From: Candidatus Woesebacteria bacterium | Lineage (GTDB): Bacteria > Patescibacteriota > Microgenomatia > UBA1400 > PJMF01 | Length of the DNA: 64,000 nt | Reading direction: 5' to 3' | NCBI GenBank assembly: GCA_017999345.1 | Contig: JAGNLY010000001.1 | Span: forward strand, 88,744-152,743 | In this document: positions 1 to 9,162 of the stretch, piece by piece | Numbering within the stretch: the first letter of the stretch is position 1 | Layout: each line of letters begins with the position of its first letter | Program-made: the position numbers and the translations under genes | The notes under the pieces: generated by a model | The model's database searches: none | Told to the model about the DNA's origin: nothing | The model's input: only the letters and a program-made list of their open reading frames with translations

Positions 1-273
1 GTCAGAATCGTTAAGTTCGTCAAAATTGTTGCCATATATTAATTTTGGCAATGATAATTCAATCTTTAAAGATAAACCAAAAGTACCAAAATTAGTAAAC
101 CGCTTAGTTAGTGTAAGTCTGGGTTTATAGAAACCAGCCTTGAGTTCCGACTTTGTCGGATTTTGTTTACATTGCATATAACCTCGACCACCCATATAGC
201 CAGATCCCTCAGTTAAAATTCTAGCTGATGGTTCAAATCTATCTGGATTTTGTATTGTGTAACCCTCATGCAT
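1..273 (-). CDS. Hypothetical protein, N-terminal part only. The gene starts at about 273 and runs off the left edge of the window.
   Basis: An open minus-strand frame begins with ATG (plus-strand cat at ~271-273) and continues to position 1. The translation begins MHEGYTIQNPDRFEPSARILTEGSGYMGG. No family was recognised. Confidence 0.3.
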   Translation of the reverse strand, partial: MHEGYTIQNPDRFEPSARILTEGSGYMGGRGYMQCKQNPTKSELKAGFYKPRLTLTKRFTNFGTFGLSLKIELSLPKLIYGNNFDELNDSD

Positions 274-562
274 GACTAAAACTACTGTATCTAACATAAT
301 TTTTCATTACTTCTTCATATTTATTAATTACTGCTATTTCAACTTCATTACTCGCTATTTTGTTAATTGGATAAAATATATTTATTTTTGTGTTTGCAAC
401 CGCTTTTGTTGGGTATGTAAGTCTATATCCACCTTCAGGACGAGTAAAAATACCGATTGAGCCTAAATACCAGATATCATTTATTACTAGACTCGCAAAT
501 GCTACTAAGCCGTTATTTGGTTTTATTGGTGTAATTTGAATTTCACTTATTTTTTGATTCAT
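266..562 (-). CDS. spoVG: SpoVG family protein
   Basis: ORF 266-628, trimmed to the internal Met at 562 (MNQKISEIQITPIKPNNGLVAFASLVINDIWYLGSIGIFTRPEGGYRLTYPTKA). This matches the SpoVG core (NGL.A.AS...D....I..I.......G..L..P.K). An AAGGAAA ribosome-binding site sits upstream of the 562 start, and the gene ends in TGA. Confidence 0.8.
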   Translation of the reverse strand: MNQKISEIQITPIKPNNGLVAFASLVINDIWYLGSIGIFTRPEGGYRLTYPTKAVANTKINIFYPINKIASNEVEIAVINKYEEVMKNYVRYSSFSHA

Positions 563-674
563 ATATTTTTTTCCTTTTAATACCTTCTTTGATTGCTTCA
601 GAAAGACAAGATTTATAAATTTCTTCAAGCATTCTCATCAACTCTTTTTGGTACCTCATTTGTGCTTTGTTCAT
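543..674 (-). CDS. Small hypothetical protein of about 43 aa, upstream of spoVG
   Basis: Internal Met of ORF 543-740 (MNKAQMRYQKELMRMLEEIYK...). A strong AAAGGAG ribosome-binding site lies 5 nt upstream. No homology was recognised. Confidence 0.35.
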   Translation of the reverse strand: MNKAQMRYQKELMRMLEEIYKSCLSEAIKEGIKRKKIYESKNK

Positions 675-903
675 AAACGCTCCTTTCATTAACTTTTTTA
701 TTTTCTTGATCAATATCAATAAGAATGGAAAAGAAATCACGAATTTTATTCATTTCGTGTAACGAATAAGTAGAAGATGTTTTTTGATTATTAGTGCTTA
801 TTTCTTTCACAAGCACAGTTATATGGAAAAATGATTAATTGGTCGTTTTAGTCTCACAATTTCACACAATTGCTTACTAGACCTTACTTTGTCTCACTCT
901 GTC

Positions 904-1644
904 TCACAATTTTTTGAAATTTATTGCAGGTAAGTCATGTTTTATGGAGTATTCTCTTGATATGGGGTTCATGAACATAATTTTATCTTTTGTTATAACT
1001 GGGAAAAATATTTTCTTAAGATTGCCAGTAAAACCAAGATCTCTGACTATGTGAGCTAGCCTTTTATTTATTTTGCTTCCAACTGCTTGTCCAAGTTCTT
1101 CAATTCCAATTGGTCTGCCAGCATTTGCAAGTATATATTGAAAACAATTATCATTTTCAGAATCAAAATCTGGTTTAGCAATTACTAAATGATTGAGTTT
1201 AACCTCTCTAGTATGGTCATTGTATGTAATTTTGTACAAAATGCCTGCCTGATATTCTTTATCTGCAATTTCTCGTTTGATTGCAAGGCTTTGCTTTTCC
1301 TCAACTCTTATGATTATGTCTTCTAGTGCAAAAAGATGTTTTCCCAAACCATATGATAATTCGCCAATTGGGTGTGTAAAACTAAGGGCTTCACTTTTAA
1401 TTTCTACAAAGTGAAAATAATAGTGTCTGTCAAAGTTTTGAAAAATGTATTCAGCTACAGATCTATACCATGTGTTAATTTGACTATCATAATCTTCTTT
1501 AAACTTTATTAAGTCAAAACCATCTTTAATTTTTTCAGCGTCATATTTAGAGTAGCTTTGTCTTTTGAGTAAGAACCCAGCATAAAGAAAGTTATTGAGT
1601 TCGTCAAAGCTGATATTATTAGTAACGTTGTTATAACTTATCAT
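904..1644 (-). CDS. Hypothetical protein of 246 aa, the downstream partner of the DUF2779-like nuclease
   Basis: ORF with an ATG start. It overlaps the stop of the upstream nuclease gene by 14 nt, which suggests an operon. No family was recognised. Confidence 0.55.
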   Translation of the reverse strand: MISYNNVTNNISFDELNNFLYAGFLLKRQSYSKYDAEKIKDGFDLIKFKEDYDSQINTWYRSVAEYIFQNFDRHYYFHFVEIKSEALSFTHPIGELSYGLGKHLFALEDIIIRVEEKQSLAIKREIADKEYQAGILYKITYNDHTREVKLNHLVIAKPDFDSENDNCFQYILANAGRPIGIEELGQAVGSKINKRLAHIVRDLGFTGNLKKIFFPVITKDKIMFMNPISREYSIKHDLPAINFKKL

Positions 1645-3076
1645 TATTATTTTTTACTGTTTCACTAAATTTTCTATAAATCTCAACCATAGCCAAAGTA
1701 TCCAACTCACAATAATCTAGAAGATCTTTTGCAGTTTCATCAGCAGAAGTTCCAGCATTAGTTATCATATTCCACCAAGTAATCATCGCTTGGTCGCCTT
1801 TATTGACTGTAAGGTTCTTGTAAGAAAGGTTTGGCACCATAACAGGAAGGACATTTTTAATTGACCAAATTCCTCTAAACAATGGATGAACATAAAAACC
1901 TTCTTTAATTGGGTCAGCTAGGTCATACATCCTTTCATTTATATCCAATAAAAAGTCACTAAACTCAGGATGAATTTCTGCAAGTTCTTTGTTTCTGGTT
2001 GCTTCAAAGGTTTTATTCCAAACAAGTACTGAGCCAGTATTTCCAATGTCTCTTTTAAGCTGTTTTAAGAGGTTGGAACCTGGTTCGTTTGTATTTGTCG
2101 CTAGATATTCAGTATGGGTAAGTTCAGCGTTAGGATGCTCAAGTTTGTGAAGCGAATACTGAAACACCATTTGTTGTTGTGGGTGGTATCCGTCATGTAG
2201 GGGAATCGCGGAATTATATGTTTCGTAGTCCAAGAAGTACAAAGGATATGCAAGGTTTTCTAGTTCATGTTGAATGGCAGAATGGTCAATAATTGGTTCA
2301 TTTGTTTTTGCAACTTCTTTGACTAGATTTTGTTTGTAAGAAAGTTTGAAGTTATTTGGAATATCTTGGGCTTGAGTTACACCCATTTCAAGCAACTGTT
2401 TCTTTTTCTTTTTAGTTAGGTTTGGAATATCAAAAATAGAAAAAGTAGGTTTATCTTTATGACATAAGCTTTTGCATCGGCAGTTTTTGGGGTTGTAACA
2501 GGCTTCTATATTGAAGTGATTCTCACTATTAAGCACCAGTAAAGCTCTCTCTCGTTCAATATCCACATCTTGCAAAAGTTCTTTGACTTTATCTGTAATA
2601 TCTTCGGCAACAAATAGTGAATCAATGTTTAATGCACCAAAGCGAGTGTACTCAGCACTCAAGTGCAATATGTGAACTTTATTAATTTTGATGTGTTTAT
2701 TAAGAACTAGATACTGAAATGTCGCATCGTATAGGTTTGTTTTATCAACAGATGTTGAGCTTTTGATTTCGTAGATGTCGTAGGAGTTAGTTTCAGTATT
2801 GTGAATGAGGGCGTCGGCTTTAGCTTCGTAGTTTTTGTCGTTGTAAGTTGATTGCCAGATGAGTTTGAATTGAGGATTGTTGTGAACAAAGTTTTGTAAG
2901 TACTCTTTGGCAAGTTTTTCTACTTTGTATCCTTCTTGAAGAAGGTGTTGATCGTAAACAGTCAGTGGTTTTTCAAATTTATTGTTGTCATCTGCCCAAA
3001 GGTGCATTGGAGCATCAAGGTAGGTTAGGAAGTTTGATTTAGTTAGGTTTTTCATTACGTCTTTATTTTGAACCAT
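1631..3076 (-). CDS. Two-domain nuclease. The N-terminal part is a PD-(D/E)xK Cas4/RecB-like nuclease with a 4-Cys cluster. The C-terminal part is a DUF2779-like domain, probably a DEDD/RNase-H-fold exonuclease.
   Basis: Motifs YDIYEIKSS (D..E.K) and CYNPKNCRCKSLCH (a Cas4/AddB-like Cys cluster) are present. The C-terminal half contains FLDYETY and YCELDTLAMVEIY, typical of DUF2779. The start was placed at the first ATG (MVQNK...), whereas the ORF track begins at a GTG at 3109. Confidence 0.65.
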   Translation of the reverse strand: MVQNKDVMKNLTKSNFLTYLDAPMHLWADDNNKFEKPLTVYDQHLLQEGYKVEKLAKEYLQNFVHNNPQFKLIWQSTYNDKNYEAKADALIHNTETNSYDIYEIKSSTSVDKTNLYDATFQYLVLNKHIKINKVHILHLSAEYTRFGALNIDSLFVAEDITDKVKELLQDVDIERERALLVLNSENHFNIEACYNPKNCRCKSLCHKDKPTFSIFDIPNLTKKKKKQLLEMGVTQAQDIPNNFKLSYKQNLVKEVAKTNEPIIDHSAIQHELENLAYPLYFLDYETYNSAIPLHDGYHPQQQMVFQYSLHKLEHPNAELTHTEYLATNTNEPGSNLLKQLKRDIGNTGSVLVWNKTFEATRNKELAEIHPEFSDFLLDINERMYDLADPIKEGFYVHPLFRGIWSIKNVLPVMVPNLSYKNLTVNKGDQAMITWWNMITNAGTSADETAKDLLDYCELDTLAMVEIYRKFSETVKNNNDKL

Positions 3077-3095
3077 TATATAATGAACTTGAGAA

Positions 3096-3722
3096 ATGAG
3101 TATGTTCACAAATATATATCAGAAGATTTTTGCAATAAAAAAATATTGGTCTACTATTAGTTATTTTGATAGTTTCGAAAGGTATCATGTTATTTTTGAG
3201 CGTAAATCTTTTTTAGATTGTAAGATTCGTTTATGTAAACATGAGGAATACGTCAAATATGTCATGAGTACGATAGGTGAACATACAGATCCCAGACTAT
3301 TAATTAGAGATGTCTTGACGAAATCAAAGGGTTGCGTCTTCATTGTATTTGAGGCACCAGAAGGATATGTTCAGTTTTGGATTGCACAAGGTAGATTACA
3401 GGTGTGTTGGTTTTTAGATATATACGACAAAGATGAGTGGAAAAAAGATAAAAAAATAATTATAAGCATACTAAGAAAATTGAAAGTACCACGATGCATG
3501 AATGCAAGGAATACTAACAGTTTTGAAACCTACTATGCTTTTTTTAAGCTTGATAAAGATTCTGTCAGCAATGAGGATGGATTAAATGCTACAGCAGATG
3601 TCCCTATTTTTCGAGCAGATTTTAATAACGACAATGAACTCGCATCGCACTTTGTGATTCAAGTATTAGAACAGGTGTACAACTTGAAAACTATCGAGGA
3701 CTTAAGTGTCGATTTAAATTAG
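3096..3722 (+). CDS. Hypothetical protein of 208 aa
   Basis: ORF with no recognised domain. Its 5' end overlaps the divergent nuclease gene, so the true start may be the later Met (MSTIGEHTD, about 3264). Confidence 0.4.
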   Translation: MSMFTNIYQKIFAIKKYWSTISYFDSFERYHVIFERKSFLDCKIRLCKHEEYVKYVMSTIGEHTDPRLLIRDVLTKSKGCVFIVFEAPEGYVQFWIAQGRLQVCWFLDIYDKDEWKKDKKIIISILRKLKVPRCMNARNTNSFETYYAFFKLDKDSVSNEDGLNATADVPIFRADFNNDNELASHFVIQVLEQVYNLKTIEDLSVDLN

Positions 3723-3809
3723 CTTTTTTGATATATAGTATTACAAAAAATAGGTGTTATCAGGCTATAGTATAATCGTGATTACAAGAAACGTTTAGAA
3801 AAAGGAAAA

Positions 3810-4799
3810 ATGCCACACATTTTAATCAATGGGAAAAAGTTTGAGAAAAAAGATTTTGAACTTGAAAGTGATTTTGAGGATGCTGTAATTGAGAATAGCA
3901 CCAATCTATTCGGTCAAGATGCTATTTATATAGATGTCAAAAAATTAATTGGTACAGATAAGAAGTACCACAAAGGCATTCCAGACGGTTATTTAATAGA
4001 TTTTGTAGATTTGCAACAACCTCAACTGTATTTTGTTGAAAACGAGTTATCCGCTCATGATATTTATGGTCATATTACTGAGCAAATCGGTAGATTTAGT
4101 GCAATGACTATAAACTCCACAAGAGAGGTTAAAGATAAGCTTCTTGCAGTAATTAGAGAAGATGTAAAATTAATGAATCATTTACAGCAAAGAATTGAAA
4201 AGTCACCGTTTCATAATATAGATAACCTAATGGACTTCTTGACAGAAAAAAACCAAATAAAAATTGTGGTTGTTGTTGATGAAGAAACCAATGATCTTAA
4301 TTCAACCCTAAATATCTTTAGACAAAGACCTGATGTTGTTACACTTCAAAGGTATGAATACCAAAATGAAGTTGTTTATTTTTATCAACCAATGAGAGAA
4401 GAAATTGAAAACCAACAAATAATGGCAAAAGAAAATATTGTTAGAGAATTTGACACAGTTGTTTGTCCTGCATTTGAAGATGGTTTTAAAAAAGCATATC
4501 TTGAGCAAAGTGCCTGGTGGTCAATTAGATTGTCACAAAAAGCAATAGAGCAACTAAAATATTTAGCTATTTATGAGAAATCGCCAGTAGCAGAAATAAA
4601 ACATATAGCAGAGATTGACAGAATTGAGCCTTATAAAGATTCTGGTAAGTACATTTTATATCTTAAAAATAAAAGAAAAATTAACCCAGTAAAGCTCGGT
4701 AAGAATGCAAAGGCTGGCACAGCACCTCAAGGTTCAAGATATACAACTCTAGAGAAGTTGAGTAGTGTGAGTAAGTTGAATGAATTGTGGGGAAGTTAA
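3810..4799 (+). CDS. Hypothetical protein of 329 aa with a possible PD-(D/E)xK-type nuclease core
   Basis: A TATAAT box and an AAAAAGGAAAAATG ribosome-binding site lie upstream. The motif IPDGYLIDF...YFVENELS resembles a PD-(D/E)xK nuclease core. The assignment is tentative. Confidence 0.55.
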   Translation: MPHILINGKKFEKKDFELESDFEDAVIENSTNLFGQDAIYIDVKKLIGTDKKYHKGIPDGYLIDFVDLQQPQLYFVENELSAHDIYGHITEQIGRFSAMTINSTREVKDKLLAVIREDVKLMNHLQQRIEKSPFHNIDNLMDFLTEKNQIKIVVVVDEETNDLNSTLNIFRQRPDVVTLQRYEYQNEVVYFYQPMREEIENQQIMAKENIVREFDTVVCPAFEDGFKKAYLEQSAWWSIRLSQKAIEQLKYLAIYEKSPVAEIKHIAEIDRIEPYKDSGKYILYLKNKRKINPVKLGKNAKAGTAPQGSRYTTLEKLSSVSKLNELWGS

Positions 4800-4805
4800 A
4801 TCATA

Positions 4806-5393
4806 ATGATAGATAAAGAACTGTACCTAAAAATTTCAAAATCTTACGGTGAGTTTGCAAGTTGGGCAATTTGGGCAAAAGTAGGTGTTAAGCCAAAATC
4901 AAATATAGGTAACACAACTATTTTTGATTTGGAAAGTAATCCAGATTTATTAAATGAACTGAACCCAAACATTATTATGGTTGGGTTGAATTTTTCAAGA
5001 ATTGGAAGAAAAGAATGCTTCGCAAATTTTCATGATAGTAGACCTCAGGGACAAGATTATAAAATTAGGTATGCTTTCGAGGATACCAAGTTTTATGGTG
5101 CTTATATGACAGACATAATTAAAGATTTTGAAGAAAAAGTCTCAGGGAAAGTCATGTCATATTTAAGGAACAATGAAGAATTTGAACAACAAAATATCAA
5201 ATTATTCAAAGAAGAGTTGATTTCCTTAAATACTAAAAATCCTTTGATTATTGCGTTCGGAAACGATGTATATAAAATCTTACAAAAGCATTTTGTGGGT
5301 CAGTATCAGATTATTAAGATTCCTCACTATAGTAAGCATATTAGTAAAGAAGATTACAGAGCTGAAGTTGAAAAGTTATTGTCAGCTTACTAA
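4806..5393 (+). CDS. Uracil-DNA-glycosylase-superfamily-like protein (putative)
   Basis: IIMVGLNFS (UDG motif A-like G.NP) and IPHYSK (motif B-like HPS) are at the expected spacing. The gene is followed by an A1-type repeat. Confidence 0.5.
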   Translation: MIDKELYLKISKSYGEFASWAIWAKVGVKPKSNIGNTTIFDLESNPDLLNELNPNIIMVGLNFSRIGRKECFANFHDSRPQGQDYKIRYAFEDTKFYGAYMTDIIKDFEEKVSGKVMSYLRNNEEFEQQNIKLFKEELISLNTKNPLIIAFGNDVYKILQKHFVGQYQIIKIPHYSKHISKEDYRAEVEKLLSAY

Positions 5394-5459
5394 CTTTTTC
5401 TATTTTTAAATTTGTAAGTTATTATTTTGTGTCTTAATTAGTAATCTTGCAAATTTTTC

Positions 5460-5541
5460 AGCAAATCCATTAGTTTCATCCTTACTAATCCCCAGTAAAT
5501 CCTCTTTATACCCGTTCCGTAACGAGTCCAATAAGGGGAGC
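5460..5541 (+). repeat. Intergenic repeat, module A1 (long form), ending GGGGAGC. No module B follows it.
   Basis: aaatccattagtttcatccttactaatccccagtaaatcctctttatacccgttccgtaacgagtccaataaggggagc. The same element recurs at ~7338 and ~16045. Confidence 0.8.
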
Positions 5542-5569
5542 TTATGAGTAAATATATTGATAAACCAAA

Positions 5570-6484
5570 CTATTTTACGTTTAAATGGTGTTGGTTTTCA
5601 CTGTGTTTGTCAGTAACACAATCCACGCCTGAACAAGAGCTTTCATTCTCTATCTCAATAGTGGAGTGCTCAATGTGATGTTTTTCCAGTTCTGTTTTAA
5701 TAAGTGATTTCATTTCTTCTGCTTTGCTCGTAACCTGATCTTTGATGACAACATGCCCTGTGAATACGTCGGTTTCGCCATCAAGTGACCATACATGAAT
5801 GTCGTGAACTCCTACAACCTCTTTGACTTTGAGCAAACCTTTTTTGATATGGTCAATATTAATATGACTAGGTACTCCCTGCATTAAAATATTTAGGCTT
5901 TCTTTCAGATTTTTACTTACACCCCACAATATGAAAACGGTATACCCAATTGTCATAATTGGGTCGATGATAGGGTTGTTCCAAAAATACATCACTACAC
6001 TACCTATTAACACCATTACCCAACCCAATACATCTTCGAGTAAATGCCAAGTCAACGCTTTTTCGTTCATACTTTGACCACTTCTCAGTTTTAAGAAACC
6101 AAAGCCATTGAAAATCACACCAATAATGGCCAAGAAAATCATGCCCTGTACATGGACAGGTTCAGGATTGAGTAAACGCGGAATTGCTTTGCTAAGAATG
6201 AAGAGAGATCCACTCATTAACACAACTGAGGTGAAGACAGCAGCACCTAACGAAAGTCGTTTATACCCAAAGGTTCGTTTTTGATCAGGTCCTTGCTGAG
6301 ACTTTTTCTCGGCAATCCAAGCTAAAATGAGAACTAAACTATCACCAAAGTCGTGAAGAGCGTCAGACAAAATTGTCAAACTATTAGTAAAAAGACCTCC
6401 AGCGATCTCAATCAGTGTAAAAGTAATGTTTATGACAATTGCCCAAGAAAGATTATTTGTTTTGCCGTGATCGTGTGAGTGCAT
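5570..6484 (-). CDS. Cation diffusion facilitator (CDF) family metal efflux transporter of the CzcD/ZitB type
   Basis: Six transmembrane helices and a His-rich N-terminus (MHSHDHGK). The sequence contains typical CDF signatures (SLAILSDALHDFGD, HVWSLDGETDVFTGHVVI). Confidence 0.85.
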   Translation of the reverse strand: MHSHDHGKTNNLSWAIVINITFTLIEIAGGLFTNSLTILSDALHDFGDSLVLILAWIAEKKSQQGPDQKRTFGYKRLSLGAAVFTSVVLMSGSLFILSKAIPRLLNPEPVHVQGMIFLAIIGVIFNGFGFLKLRSGQSMNEKALTWHLLEDVLGWVMVLIGSVVMYFWNNPIIDPIMTIGYTVFILWGVSKNLKESLNILMQGVPSHINIDHIKKGLLKVKEVVGVHDIHVWSLDGETDVFTGHVVIKDQVTSKAEEMKSLIKTELEKHHIEHSTIEIENESSCSGVDCVTDKHSENQHHLNVK

Positions 6485-6579
6485 ATTTTAATTCTAACTG
6501 AAATAATCATTTTTATGCTGGTGAACTTTGAGCATATGATAGAGTATTTCTTTTTAAGTTGATATACTTTGTAATAAGT

Positions 6580-7284
6580 ATGTCTATTCCTTCAGAACTA
6601 ATAAAAACTAATTCTAAATATCAAGTTAAAGACGATATTTTCATTTTTACTCAAACAGAAGACCTTAGAAAAGATAATAAAAAATATTCTGGTTTTTACA
6701 ATGTAATCGCTAATCTATATGATATAGGTTCCAAAGTTTTTTTTTGGTTTCATGGTGGTGAAATAAAGGCAAGAAAAGAGTTTCTTGAAGAACTAAAAAT
6801 TGTATCTGGAGCTAAAGTATTAGAGGTATCTATTGGAACAGGGACGAACATTTCAATGTTACCTAAAGACGCTGATTACTTTGGAGTTGATATTTCATAT
6901 GGGATGCTAAAAAAATGCCAACAGAACTTGAACAAAATGGGTAGACAATCACTCTTGTTCCAAGCTGAAGCAGAGCACTTACCGTTTAATGATAATACAT
7001 TTGACTCAGTATTTCATGTGGGTGGCGTCAACTACTTTAATGAAAAAGGCAAAGCATTGGCTGAAATGGTTCGTGTATCTAAGTCTGGTACCCATCTCAC
7101 CATTGTTGATGAAACGGACAAATTTTTTGAGACACTTAGTTGGATACCATTTTTGAAAAATGCATTTCCCACAGGAAAAGCTACCAAACCACCTACTGAA
7201 TTATTACCTAGTGGTATGAAAAACATTCAAGTCAGTGAAATCGTGAATGGGAATTATTGGAGACTGACTTTCCAGAAGCCCTAG
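6580..7284 (+). CDS. Class I SAM-dependent methyltransferase (UbiE/COQ5-like)
   Basis: Motif I is VLEVSIGTGTN, followed by FGVDISYGML and FDSVFHVGGVNYF. The start was placed at ATG 6580, just downstream of TGATATACT (an extended -10). Confidence 0.8.
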   Translation: MSIPSELIKTNSKYQVKDDIFIFTQTEDLRKDNKKYSGFYNVIANLYDIGSKVFFWFHGGEIKARKEFLEELKIVSGAKVLEVSIGTGTNISMLPKDADYFGVDISYGMLKKCQQNLNKMGRQSLLFQAEAEHLPFNDNTFDSVFHVGGVNYFNEKGKALAEMVRVSKSGTHLTIVDETDKFFETLSWIPFLKNAFPTGKATKPPTELLPSGMKNIQVSEIVNGNYWRLTFQKP

Positions 7285-7337
7285 TTAATTTTTCGAAGAT
7301 TTATATTTTTTTAGATTTGACTAACTGACAACTGAAC

Positions 7338-7458
7338 AAATTGTTTACTAAATCTATTAACTTCATCTTTATTTATCCCTAACAAATGCTCTTTATATCC
7401 GTTCCGTAACGAGTCCAATAGGGGGAGCAATAACCAAATTAGATCTATATACCAATCT
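7338..7458 (+). repeat. Intergenic repeat: module A1 followed by a degenerate module B
   Basis: ...ctctttatatccgttccgtaacgagtccaatagggggagc then aataaccaaattagatctatataccaatct. Confidence 0.8.
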
Positions 7459-7660
7459 AAATTTAACTATCACACACAACATTTCAATATAAAATTGAAT
7501 AGAAATTCACTATCTTTGTTGTGTTTTTATTGTATCCTAAAATAGATTAAGAAATTTGATAATTAATCTATTTATAATATATATTTATTATTTGTGTTCG
7601 GATTCATTTTAAGTTATGCTTTCTCATGAAGAGACATAAAAAAATATTTAAAAATAAGTT

Positions 7661-8500
7661 ATGAATCAAAATGAATCGCCATCGGAAATAATTGAAAAAC
7701 TTACTGAAAGTAATAAAGAATTTCGTTCAAATACCTTACCATCGATTGATGATTTACATACTATGGCATTGATGACTCAAGACAAAGGTCTCGAATTGGG
7801 AGTTTCACTTTATACAGCATCCAAAGGAGAAATAAAAGGATCTGCATTTAATGTCGGAACCGAAAGAAGCATCTACGAGCCCACACCCCCACGTGAATTA
7901 AGAGGAAAGATTTCATCGGGTGTTTTTATTCATTGTCATCCAATTTCCGAAGATGAGAGAGTTCCTGACGGAAAATCACTTCATATACTTCCGAGTGGAA
8001 CACAGCCATTCGAAGGAGATTTTGAAGCAAGCTATATGTCTAGAGTTGTTGCAGGATACTTAAATGTTGCGAGCGAATATGGACTAACAATGATGGTAGG
8101 AATAGAAGGAATTGCAAGAGAAGATGACATTACTAGAAAAATGAGAGAAAAACTTGGTCGTTCTGATTTGGCAAGAGAACGCACATGGAAAGTTCTTAGT
8201 GGAGAACAAGGTGGTGTTGCTATGGTTGGCGATGAGTTTAAAGTAGCGGTAGACGATAAGTTTTCAATTAATGAGGATGTTGTTTTATTAAGTAACACTC
8301 AAGAGCTTGGAGTTAGATACTTTCTTCATATATCTTGGGATAAACTTAAAGAGTTGGAAAAAAGCTATGGCTCATTAGAAAATCTCTGTTTTGGCGATGG
8401 ACTTGAGTCTTTGCTTCAAGAACTAAATATTGAAGTACAACACGAAAAAAATTTGGGTTCTGCGGCTGTTCAAGTTTATAAGATGCCAAAAGAGAGATAG
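7661..8500 (+). CDS. Hypothetical protein of 279 aa
   Basis: ORF bounded by repeats on both sides. No family was recognised. Confidence 0.6.
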   Translation: MNQNESPSEIIEKLTESNKEFRSNTLPSIDDLHTMALMTQDKGLELGVSLYTASKGEIKGSAFNVGTERSIYEPTPPRELRGKISSGVFIHCHPISEDERVPDGKSLHILPSGTQPFEGDFEASYMSRVVAGYLNVASEYGLTMMVGIEGIAREDDITRKMREKLGRSDLARERTWKVLSGEQGGVAMVGDEFKVAVDDKFSINEDVVLLSNTQELGVRYFLHISWDKLKELEKSYGSLENLCFGDGLESLLQELNIEVQHEKNLGSAAVQVYKMPKER

Positions 8501-8524
8501 TCTAGGCTCTTAATATCTAAATCT

Positions 8525-8611
8525 GAGATAGTTAGCAATCCTTCCTCATAACCGTTCCTTAACGCATCCGTCAGGGGGAGCTTTTTCCAAAATAGATCTA
8601 TATATCAATCT
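8525..8611 (+). repeat. Intergenic repeat: module A2 followed by a degenerate module B
   Basis: aatccttcctcataaccgttccttaacgcatccgtcagggggagc then tttttccaaaatagatctatatatcaatct. Confidence 0.75.
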
Positions 8612-8650
8612 TTTTAAAATATTATGTATAAATTATACAGTAGGAGTGCG

Positions 8651-9118
8651 TTAACTAATTGATGTAAATATGGATTTTTCTAGGTATTGCTGTGCTTGAG
8701 CAACTAATCCATTTAGATAATCAGTTATCTCACTTGCCAAATGACCCTCAGTTGCCTTTGTGATTAGTAACTTACAGATCTGTGTTGCATAATAACCATT
8801 TGGATCTTTATCTTTATCGCATAGGTTTACTCTTGCAAGTTCAAATTGTTCTACTTCTTCCAAATTACCTTTATCACTTGATAAATAACCTATTAACCAA
8901 TATTCTTTGTCTGTTTCATTAGATTCTAGTCCAGCACTAACTCTAGTTTCAGTATTGAGTTCGTCATTTCTTGCTACTTGATTGAAAATTACATCAATTG
9001 TTGGCATGAGTAAAACATCTGCCGTTTCTGGATGTGCATTTTCTCCCGATATTAGTTCAGCAGAAGTGCAGATGGAATTTGAAACAACTGAATCATAGCC
9101 TTTGAGTATCATAAACAT
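8651..9118 (-). CDS. Hypothetical protein of about 155 aa. This is the only inverted gene inside the repeat-bounded array.
   Basis: ORF track 8651-9184, trimmed to the internal Met because the N-terminal poly-Ile extension is a translated AT-rich leader. The module B promoter on the opposite strand points into this gene. Confidence 0.55.
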   Translation of the reverse strand: MFMILKGYDSVVSNSICTSAELISGENAHPETADVLLMPTIDVIFNQVARNDELNTETRVSAGLESNETDKEYWLIGYLSSDKGNLEEVEQFELARVNLCDKDKDPNGYYATQICKLLITKATEGHLASEITDYLNGLVAQAQQYLEKSIFTSIS

Positions 9119-9162
9119 AAATATATCATATTTTATTCTAATGATAATAATAATTATTAGAT

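Noticed and set aside
266-268. Possible TGA recoding (genetic code 25), considered because of the CPR-like features
   Set aside because: TGA terminates several well-supported genes at conserved C-termini (spoVG, lapA-like at 40364). The standard code 11 therefore applies.
2707-2913. Short antisense or embedded ORFs. Examples are 272-460, 2707-2913, 4308-4508, 7032-7226, 8032-8298, 9788-10015, 12193-15646 internal, 19847-20242, 21970-22188, 25055-25881, 27059-27253, 27552-28024, 28178-29357, 34047-34247, 35320-35517, 36418-36633, 45167-45577, 46052-46891, 48170-48543, 51837-52037, 54256-54519, 58133-59266, 59622-60179, 60557-60853, 61488-62011.
   Set aside because: Each lies wholly inside a longer, homology-supported gene on the other strand or in another frame. 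They have no RBS or promoter support and AT-rich or odd composition.
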